Shown: positions 25,294-32,000 of the stretch, piece by piece | Layout of the letters: each line of letters starts with the position of its first letter | Position numbering within the stretch: the first letter of the stretch is position 1 | NCBI GenBank assembly: GCA_965223865.1 | Contig: OZ245020.1 | Coordinates: forward strand, 1,416,000-1,447,999 | Reading direction: 5' to 3' | DNA length: 32,000 bases | DNA from: Nitrosarchaeum sp. | Lineage (GTDB): Archaea > Thermoproteota > Nitrososphaeria > Nitrososphaerales > Nitrosopumilaceae | Notes under the pieces: model-generated | The model's database searches: none | The model's input: only the letters and a program-made list of their open reading frames with translations | Told to the model about the DNA's origin: nothing | Program-made: the position numbers and the translations under genes

Positions 25294-25656
25294 TTAAGAA
25301 TCAAGTTGTATGGAATATACAACATATTTTCCTTTTTTGGCACTAAAAATTCCAATTAGTTTTGCCATTATTCCATATTTTTTATTTCTAAGAGCAATTG
25401 CTTTTTCTGCTAAATCTCCTTGAATTAGTTTAGCTTTTCCTGAATGCCATTTGCTTTTTGGTTTTCCTGAAAAGTTGGATACGGCAACATTTACTTTATT
25501 GTTATTTGCTATTCGTTTCACTTTTCCAGTAAATTCTCTTGTAACAATCCAAATAAAATTATCAAACTCTACAAACCATACAGGAGTCTTTACAGAATTT
25601 CCTTTTTTTCTAAAAGTTTCCAGTACAATATATTTTTCATTTGGAAAAATATCCAC
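25294..25656 (-). CDS. PPOX-class (probable F420/FMN-dependent) split-barrel protein
   Basis: 120 aa, GTG start. YIVLETFRKKGNSVKTPVWFVEFDNFIWIVTREFTGKVKRIANNNKVNVAV fits the family pattern. Confidence 0.6.
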   Translation of the reverse strand: MDIFPNEKYIVLETFRKKGNSVKTPVWFVEFDNFIWIVTREFTGKVKRIANNNKVNVAVSNFSGKPKSKWHSGKAKLIQGDLAEKAIALRNKKYGIMAKLIGIFSAKKGKYVVYSIQLDS

Positions 25657-25716
25657 AAAATAATTTCATTTTAAAATAATGTAAAGGTTGCCAGGAATCA
25701 TAATTCCCTATTCAAA

Positions 25717-25754
25717 TTAGCACTAGTCTAGTTGTTATCACTAGGTTAAATATT
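25717..25754 (+). promoter_or_regulatory. bipartite CACTAG promoter element, copy 8
   Basis: On the + strand: TTAGCACTAG (25717-25726), 8 nt, TTATCACTAG (25735-25744), G, then TTAAATATT (25746-25754). ATG at 25774, 28 nt from the 5' end of the TATA-like box. Confidence 0.65.
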
Positions 25755-25773
25755 ATAAAGCCAACTAAAACAT

Positions 25774-25959
25774 ATGGCAGAAGAACAAGAATGGGCAAAT
25801 TTACTTGCCGAAGTCTTTGACAAGCTTACACAAAAGCATGCCTCAATCACTTATGATTTTGAAGATCTGGAGATGAAAGGCAAAGTCGAAAAAGAGGGCA
25901 AGATAATCCCAACAGGTACGGTTTCCTTAACTGGAAGGCTGACAATTACCGCAAAGTAG
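25774..25959 (+). CDS. hypothetical small protein (61 aa)
   Basis: ORF directly downstream of CACTAG element copy 8. No family recognised. Confidence 0.5.
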   Translation: MAEEQEWANLLAEVFDKLTQKHASITYDFEDLEMKGKVEKEGKIIPTGTVSLTGRLTITAK

Positions 25960-25969
25960 TGGGTGTGGA

Positions 25970-26335
25970 ATGAAAGAGATAAACTTCCCCGCTAATTTTT
26001 TAACTTTTCTGACAAGTGGAAGCATCAAGATAACAAATGATTGCGTCCCATCAATTAATTTTACAGCAACAAAAGACACTCGAATTATTGACATTATTCA
26101 TATTCCAGTCACAATTTCAGGCAAGCCTGGTTTAATTAAACAGCTATCTGAAGCAAAGAGTCTTGCAAAAAATCTGAAACAAGAAAATATTACACTTGAA
26201 ATCAGATTTCAAGGTAATCCCGTACTAAAACTAGGAGAAAAAGCAAATCCAAAACTTGCAAAAATTGTCACATTAAGTAGTGATATTGAAATTACAGATT
26301 TGAAGAAACTAAAAAAATTAAGTGATTTAATTTGA
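25970..26335 (+). CDS. hypothetical protein (121 aa)
   Basis: Starts 10 nt after the previous ORF, so the two are probably co-transcribed. No family recognised. Confidence 0.5.
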   Translation: MKEINFPANFLTFLTSGSIKITNDCVPSINFTATKDTRIIDIIHIPVTISGKPGLIKQLSEAKSLAKNLKQENITLEIRFQGNPVLKLGEKANPKLAKIVTLSSDIEITDLKKLKKLSDLI

Positions 26336-26446
26336 TTTGTGAAAAAACTATTCGATAAAACTCCTTGTAAATATTTGGTTGTTGAAGTAAATAAGACAAC
26401 AATCATATCGATTAAAAAATTTTAAAAAATATAATTTGTAAAATAG

Positions 26447-26833
26447 TTAAGACCCCATCATACCTACCATTTTTGGCAACTCACGATACGCTTTGTTTAC
26501 AAAAATACCATTATCAGCTTCAATCATTACAAACTCCATCGCATTTTCCGGAGGTGGAGAGATTATAATTTTCTGTCCTACATTGAGTTTCCCAATATCA
26601 AGTGTATCTCCTCCACCAAAATTAACGTGAATATTGGTTAATGGTTGTGAGCCAGTGTTTTGAATGGTAATTCTCCCAGTTACAAACAAATTTTGTTTAT
26701 CAATAATAGGATCAACAAAAATATCGTGATCTTGAGTAGAAACAGAAAGTTTCAATATGTCTAGGCCAAAAATTACAGCCATCAAACTAATAATCCCAAT
26801 ACCAAATCCAATAAGAATGGTGTATTGATTCAA
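26447..26833 (-). CDS. N-terminally anchored hypothetical protein, probably with a beta-rich ectodomain
   Basis: TM segment ILIGFGIGIISLMAVIFGL, followed by ...VTGRITIQNTGSQPLTNIHVNFGGGD.... Confidence 0.5.
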   Translation of the reverse strand: MNQYTILIGFGIGIISLMAVIFGLDILKLSVSTQDHDIFVDPIIDKQNLFVTGRITIQNTGSQPLTNIHVNFGGGDTLDIGKLNVGQKIIISPPPENAMEFVMIEADNGIFVNKAYRELPKMVGMMGS

Positions 26834-27144
26834 TGTAGCTTTATACCTTTTCTAATAATTAAGAATGATGAAATTTTAAAATAAACCGATCAATAATGCA
26901 AGTAAAAGAAAGGTGAGGCAATCATTTTTTACTTCAAAAAACATCTTTATCTAATGATTTTTTCAAAATAACATGACACTCTCAAAATATTGTCGCGCAA
27001 CATTACATGATACTTGTACTGGTTTTATTGATTTGAAAAAGGAATGTACTTGTGACTGTCATGAAAAAGAAGAATCTGATTCTTTTTGGAAAATCAAATA
27101 AATTTATTGATTGCATTTAGGATAGAATTTGTAAAAAAGATCTA

Positions 27145-27240
27145 TTATGAGTTGCAATGACAATCACAAGAGCAGCTTGAACTAGAAATATGTTCTATGA
27201 TGCAACTAGTACACGGAATTATTGCTGTTATTTCAGACAT
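27145..27240 (-). CDS. candidate Cys-rich mini-ORF (31 aa)
   Basis: Hand translation: MSEITAIIPCTSCIIEHISSSSCSCDCHCNS. Shares C-[TS]-C-D-C-H with the start-less open frame 26976..27101 on the + strand. An AT-rich TAATATT box begins 27 nt upstream. Confidence 0.3.
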   Translation of the reverse strand: MSEITAIIPCTSCIIEHISSSSCSCDCHCNS

Positions 27241-27330
27241 AATTTTACAGGCAGTTTTTGAATATTAGCAATTACTAAGAACTTATCTATTATCCATAAA
27301 ATCCATCCAAACAGTTATTTTGAATTTAAG

Positions 27331-27398
27331 GCCAAGGGAAATTCAATCATTTTAGGAGGATGATTAACAAGCAGTGGCATCTGCTTTTTCCCCTTGGC
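27331..27398. ncRNA. candidate small structured RNA (three-way-junction-like fold); strand unknown
   Basis: GCCAAGGG (27331-27338) pairs with CCCTTGGC (27391-27398). This stem encloses two hairpins: AATCAT/ATGATT (27345-50 / 27360-65) and AGCAG/CTGCT (27370-74 / 27381-85). It lies in a 740-nt region with no ORF of 60 aa or more. Confidence 0.2.
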
Positions 27399-27572
27399 TG
27401 ATTAGTCTTAGGCACGTTTTCAATATTTAGGGGTTCTTTTTTGTAGTAATTTTCAAATACTTGCGATCATAAGTAATAGTAGCGTCTTTTCAAGGGTTAG
27501 ACGTGGCCTAACGCTAGCTAATGGCAGAACAACAACCCTTTTGACTAGTTAAATTCCAGTTTTTCAGATTAA

Positions 27573-27851
27573 TCATATTACTTGAACACCGTTCCAGAAT
27601 GCCACCATTCCTTTGATTTTTTTGGCAGCATCATTGGGTTCAGCATAATACCATGCACAATCTTTGTTAGTTTTTCCATTGACTGTTACAGAATAGTAAT
27701 TTGCCATCCCTTTCCATCCACAAAATGTCGTAAGATCAGTTTTTTCAAAATATTCTGATTTTATAGAATCGATAGGAAAATAGTGATTACCTTCAACTAC
27801 AACGGTATCAGCACTTTCAGCAATTACAACCTCATTCCAAATGGCTTTCAT
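27573..27851 (-). CDS. DUF427 domain protein
   Basis: 92 aa. NHYFPIDSI...TFCGWKGMANYYSV...DCAWYYAEP matches the DUF427 signature as I recall it. Confidence 0.7.
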   Translation of the reverse strand: MKAIWNEVVIAESADTVVVEGNHYFPIDSIKSEYFEKTDLTTFCGWKGMANYYSVTVNGKTNKDCAWYYAEPNDAAKKIKGMVAFWNGVQVI

Positions 27852-27935
27852 AGATCATTTACCAAAAAACAATATTTAAAGAAATCCCAATCGGTTTTTT
27901 GAAAAGTCATACATTTCTTATTTTTTGATTGGAAA

Positions 27936-29369
27936 TTATTCGCCTTTCATCTCTTCGCGAGTTTTAAAGCTTGGTGTAATGCCAAGAGATTCATAGTTTC
28001 CAGAAGAGCAAGTAAAGCACATAGAATCTGTTGGCATGCCAACTGCTGCTGCAAGATTTTCTGCATCATTGTATCCTAAAAAGTCAGCTCCAATACTTTG
28101 TCGGACCATCTCAGTTAGTTCTTCATTTGTCATCTCTTTGCCATTTGAAAATGTTGCAAGTTCTTCTTGTGATGGAAAATCAATTCCAGCATAGCAAGGG
28201 AATTTAATTGGAGGATATGTAATGACCATGCTAATTTTTCTAGCACCTGCTCTTCTTAATGCCTTAATAATTGCCTTTGAGCTTGTACCACGAACCAAAC
28301 TATCATCAATCACAACAACATGTTTGTCCTCAATAATCTCTCTAATTGGAATAATCCATCTGTTAATTTCAATTCTGTCACTCTGATGAGGTTCAATAAA
28401 ACTACGAAGTGGACCTTTCTTGCTGTAACGATCTTTGAGGAGTCCTTCATCAAATGACACTCCCAATTCTTGTGCATAACCTAGTGCTGCAGGTCTTGCA
28501 GAATCCGGAACTGGAATTACAAGATCAGCATCTTTGAGGGGGAATTTTTTGGCCAAAAATTGGCCAATTCTTTTTCTTGATATGTAGATATTAGAGCCTT
28601 CCATATTGCTTGAAGGATGTGCAAAATAGGTAAATTCAAAAGAACAATGAGCTCGTGTCTTGTCTTCAGAAAATAATTCTGTCTGCAAACCCTCTGAGCT
28701 AAGTTTAATCAGTTCACCAGGGCTGACATCTCTTTGTAGTTTTGCACCAACTGCAGAAAGTGCAGAGGATTCGGATGCTACAACATAGGTGTTATCTGAT
28801 TCTTTATGTCCTAAAACCATAGGACGAAATCCTTTAGGGTCTCTAGCAGCATATACTGCATTATCATCAGAGATAAATGTAAAGCAGTAAGAACCTACCA
28901 TTTCGTTTTTCAGAATTGAAAGGGCTTTTCCCATTTGTCCTTTTTCAGATATTAATGAAACCAATCTTTGGGCTGCAACAAGCGTATCACTTGCATTTTG
29001 GGGGGTAAATGAACATCCCCCAACCATGTTTGCCAGTTCTTGGACATTTGCAATGGTTCCATTATGTGCAACACAAAGGTCTTTTACTTTGAGGGGTTGA
29101 GCATTTTCAAGATTGCTTTTACCTATAGTAGAATATCTCACATGTCCAATGACTGCAGAGGAGGCATAATCTTCGGAGATTTTTTTAAATTCAGAAGATG
29201 ATGCAGAAACAAGGCCAAGTTTTTTGAGAGGAGGTTTGTTTGGAATTGCAAGGCCCCATGCTTCTTGACCTCTATGTTGAAGCGCTCGTAATGCATCAAT
29301 TACCATCGGAACAACATTTGTTCCACTAAGACTGAAAATTCCAACAACACCACAATTTTCCTTAACCAT
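27936..29369 (-). CDS. purF: amidophosphoribosyltransferase
   Basis: 477 aa. N-terminal nucleophile in MVKENCGVVGIF, PRTase motif VVVIDDSLVRGTS, and C-terminal Cys residues. Confidence 0.93.
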   Translation of the reverse strand: MVKENCGVVGIFSLSGTNVVPMVIDALRALQHRGQEAWGLAIPNKPPLKKLGLVSASSSEFKKISEDYASSAVIGHVRYSTIGKSNLENAQPLKVKDLCVAHNGTIANVQELANMVGGCSFTPQNASDTLVAAQRLVSLISEKGQMGKALSILKNEMVGSYCFTFISDDNAVYAARDPKGFRPMVLGHKESDNTYVVASESSALSAVGAKLQRDVSPGELIKLSSEGLQTELFSEDKTRAHCSFEFTYFAHPSSNMEGSNIYISRKRIGQFLAKKFPLKDADLVIPVPDSARPAALGYAQELGVSFDEGLLKDRYSKKGPLRSFIEPHQSDRIEINRWIIPIREIIEDKHVVVIDDSLVRGTSSKAIIKALRRAGARKISMVITYPPIKFPCYAGIDFPSQEELATFSNGKEMTNEELTEMVRQSIGADFLGYNDAENLAAAVGMPTDSMCFTCSSGNYESLGITPSFKTREEMKGE

Positions 29370-31524
29370 GAACTACCAACTCCCTCAACGAATTAATCCA
29401 TGTTTTTTGTGCCTTATCAACTCTTAGATCTATGATATTCTCTGAGTTCTTACTAAATGAGATATTCTTTCCACCAAACTTACCTATCGGATTAAAAGAC
29501 ACGTTGTCTTTTTTTAGAATTTCTTTTAGTTTATCTAGATGATTTTTTTCTAAAACTAAAAGATATCTAGAGTGACTCTCAGAAAACAAAACTCTATCCA
29601 CATCGAGTTTTGGTCCTGGAACATTTTCCAATAAAACATCACAGCCAATTTGGCTAGTCATGCAAAGCTCAGATACGGCAACTGCCAACCCTCCTTTAGA
29701 GCAATCATGAACATTTTTGAGAATTCCTTTTTTGATTATTTGTAAAACTGTATTCATATTCTTTTTTGATTCACTAAAATCAACAACTGGGCATTTTCCA
29801 CCAATAAACTTGTGGATATACTCAAAGTATTCAGAACCACCCATCTCATCTTTGGTATTTCCAATAATCACTAGAACGTCACCTTCAGAAATTTTTTGAG
29901 GAATTTGGGGTTTTTTTGTTAAACCCAAAACTCCAATTAGAGGAGTTGGTTTTATTGGACCTGAAGGGGTTTCGTTGTAAAGGCTTACCTTTCCACCAAT
30001 GCATGGAATTTTGAAGTATTTTGCAAAGTCAGTCAATCCCTTGAGAGATTCTAAAAATGTCCAAAAGATTTCAGGGTCTTGTGGATTCCCAAATTGAAGA
30101 TGATCAAGCATTCCTATTGGTTTAGCTCCCGTACAGACAACATTTCTACATGCTTCCTCAAAACATCCTATTGCACCCTCTCGAGGGTTAAGAAAACAAT
30201 GTTTTGGATTGCCGTCAATTTTTGCAGATAGAAATTTACCATTATCTAATCTCAAAACGGCTGAATCATTTCCAGGTTTTACTACAGTTCGAATTCCTAC
30301 CTCATGATCATATTGTCCATAGACCCAGATTTTACTTGCAATATTTGGAGAAGCCAAAAATTTCATCATAATTTTAGAATAATTTGAAATTGGCTTGAGC
30401 TTTGTTTCTTTTTCTATAGTTTCAAGATATGCCGGTTTTTTTGAAGGTCTGTCTAATAGATCAGCGTTTGCAACAACATCTGTTGGAAGAGCAGCGTAAG
30501 TTTTTTTGCCTTTTTTTACATGCATTATACTATTTGATGTTACTGTACCAATAACTGAACAAACAATTCTGAATTTCTTGCATATTTCTTGAAGTTTTTT
30601 TAGTTTGGTCTTGTTTGTAACAATAAGCATTCTTTCTTGAGATTCAGATATCATAATTTCCTCTGGATGCATTCCAGGTTCTCGCGTATGCACCTTATCA
30701 ACATCCATTTCGATGCCAACAGATAACGCATCTGCAGTTTCAGAAACTGCACAAGATAATCCACCTCCTCCAAGATCTTTCATGGCATTTATGAGATTAT
30801 GATTTCTTGCCTCTAAAATTGCCTCTATGATTAATTTTTCAATAAAAGGATCAGGTATTTGAACAGCAGATCTATCCTCTGACTCTAAAGAGTCAGAGGC
30901 AAATTGTGAACCACCAATTCCATCCCTTCCTGTTGAACCACCAATTAAAACTACAAGATCACCCTTGTTAGCATGGTTTTTTATCAAATTTTCTTTTTTA
31001 CCAAATCCTATTGATGCAACATCAACAAGAGCATAGTTTGTATAGCATTTATCAAACTCTACTTCACCACCTATTGTTGGGATACCTAAACAATTTCCAT
31101 AATCTGCAATTCCAGTAACAGCATTTTTGAAGAGCCATCTTGCCTGTTGATCTTTTTCAATATCCCCAAATCTCAAGCCATCAAATAATGCAATAGGTCG
31201 GGTCCCGGCAGATAAGATATCACGAATTACTCCTCCAACACCTGTTGCAGCCCCACCATACGGTTCTACTGCAGAGGGGTGATTATGACTTTCAATGTGT
31301 GCAGTTACGACATAACCATCCCCGACGTCTAAGACACCTGAATCATATCCTTTTTCAGATATTACCAAAGGTCCTTTCATAGGTAGCATTTTGAGGTGCT
31401 TCTTTGATGATTTGTATGAGCAGTGTTCAGACCATTCAGCTGCTACAATGTGTAACTCTGTTGATGTAGGTTTTCGTCCAATCTTTGATGTAAGATCTTC
31501 GAGTTCTTGTCGCTCTAAACTCAA
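29362..31524 (-). CDS. purL: phosphoribosylformylglycinamidine synthase II
   Basis: 720 aa with duplicated AIR-synthase-like domains (EPYGGAATGVGGVIRD, DLGGGGLSCA). Overlaps purF by 8 nt. Confidence 0.93.
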   Translation of the reverse strand: MSLERQELEDLTSKIGRKPTSTELHIVAAEWSEHCSYKSSKKHLKMLPMKGPLVISEKGYDSGVLDVGDGYVVTAHIESHNHPSAVEPYGGAATGVGGVIRDILSAGTRPIALFDGLRFGDIEKDQQARWLFKNAVTGIADYGNCLGIPTIGGEVEFDKCYTNYALVDVASIGFGKKENLIKNHANKGDLVVLIGGSTGRDGIGGSQFASDSLESEDRSAVQIPDPFIEKLIIEAILEARNHNLINAMKDLGGGGLSCAVSETADALSVGIEMDVDKVHTREPGMHPEEIMISESQERMLIVTNKTKLKKLQEICKKFRIVCSVIGTVTSNSIMHVKKGKKTYAALPTDVVANADLLDRPSKKPAYLETIEKETKLKPISNYSKIMMKFLASPNIASKIWVYGQYDHEVGIRTVVKPGNDSAVLRLDNGKFLSAKIDGNPKHCFLNPREGAIGCFEEACRNVVCTGAKPIGMLDHLQFGNPQDPEIFWTFLESLKGLTDFAKYFKIPCIGGKVSLYNETPSGPIKPTPLIGVLGLTKKPQIPQKISEGDVLVIIGNTKDEMGGSEYFEYIHKFIGGKCPVVDFSESKKNMNTVLQIIKKGILKNVHDCSKGGLAVAVSELCMTSQIGCDVLLENVPGPKLDVDRVLFSESHSRYLLVLEKNHLDKLKEILKKDNVSFNPIGKFGGKNISFSKNSENIIDLRVDKAQKTWINSLRELVVHG

Positions 31525-32000
31525 TTTTCAACACCAATAGTGCTTAGAAGAGATTTAAAAATTAGAGAAGATGGTTTGTTATCAATTGGATTGATTTCTG
31601 ATTCTACTGCTCTTTCGGGATGAGGCATCATTCCAACTATGTTATAATCTTCATTACATACACCTGCAATATTATACGAAGATCCATTTACCACCTCAGC
31701 ATATCTAAAAACAATTTGATTGTTTTTCTTTATCTTTTCAAGGACAGATTCATCAACATAATATCTCCCCTCTCCATTTGCAATGGGAATTGGAATTTTT
31801 TGACCTAAAGTAAATTGATTTGTAAAAGGAGTTTTGTTATTTTCTACTATCAAATTCGTCCATTCACACATAAAATTAAGTGATGTATTTTTGAGCAAAA
31901 CTCCAGGCAGCAATCCTGCCTCTACAAGAATTTGAAATCCATTACATACACCCAAAATAGGAATGCCTTTTTCTGCTAATTTTTTTACGTCTTTAATAAC
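31521..32000 (-). CDS. purQ: phosphoribosylformylglycinamidine synthase I (glutaminase subunit); N-terminus lies outside the window
   Basis: The frame is open to the window edge (...VIKDVKKLAEKGIPILGVCNGFQIL...MMPHPER). Catalytic Cys in GVCNGFQ and His in HPER. Overlaps purL by 4 nt. Confidence 0.9.
   Translation of the reverse strand, partial: VIKDVKKLAEKGIPILGVCNGFQILVEAGLLPGVLLKNTSLNFMCEWTNLIVENNKTPFTNQFTLGQKIPIPIANGEGRYYVDESVLEKIKKNNQIVFRYAEVVNGSSYNIAGVCNEDYNIVGMMPHPERAVESEINPIDNKPSSLIFKSLLSTIGVEN

Noticed and set aside
27355-27401. A C/D-box sRNA reading of GGATGATTA ... CTGA.
   Set aside because: The putative C box (AUGAUU) lacks the second GA of the RUGAUGA consensus, and no C'/D' pair is evident.
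8605-31808. Other short track ORFs overlapping stronger genes: 8605..8802, 8646..8912, 10955..11230, 11939..12136, 14413..14628, 14454..14675, 14469..14807, 16488..16775, 17564..17755, 18933..19142, 22259..22495, 23946..24161, 25451..25663, 26209..26406, 29717..29899, 31620..31808.
   Set aside because: Each is nested in or antisense to a longer ORF that has recognisable homology or a better gene-like context.
1-32000. CRISPR arrays, rRNA genes and transposases.
   Set aside because: I saw no regularly spaced direct repeats, no rRNA-like conserved stretches and no transposase- or integrase-like ORFs on either strand.

Overview
AT-rich archaeal window. The gene content (S4e, RNase P p29 inside the r-protein operon, TFB, many leaderless-looking genes) suggests a marine ammonia-oxidising thaumarchaeon of Nitrosopumilus type; this taxonomic call is inference only. 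Layout: (1) 1-7297, + strand ribosomal protein operon rpl3-rpl4-rpl23-rps19-rpl22-rps3-rpl29-rnp1-rps17-rpl14-rpl24-rps4e-rpl5-rps14-rps8-rpl6, with no rpl2 and cut off after rpl6. (2) tRNA-Asn at 7684-7757. (3) 7.9-11.5 kb, small accessory genes: zinc ribbon, membrane peptide, exported protein, PPOX-like flavoprotein, ArsR regulator. (4) purC at 11.9-12.7 kb. (5) 12.7-27.9 kb, an accessory island holding a minimal class III nucleotidyl cyclase, photolyase, two Usp proteins, a stand-alone B12-cap-like helical protein, two DICT-like paralogs, several sub-60-aa zinc-ribbon ORFs missing from the ORF track, PPOX-like paralogs and a frameshifted TFB paralog. (6) 27.9-32.0 kb, purQ-purL-purF on the - strand. 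The strongest unexplained signal is a bipartite CACTAG promoter element. The exact 10-mer TTAGCACTAG occurs six times, only in intergenic DNA between 14.8 and 25.8 kb. At five sites the proximal box abuts a TATA-like box 28-29 nt upstream of an ATG. This suggests a co-regulated, possibly light- or stress-linked regulon. Other signals: a family of TTCGAA-centred AT-rich palindromes (7.7-10.2 kb), two structured ORF-free regions that are ncRNA candidates, and frameshift or nonsense lesions confined to accessory genes.
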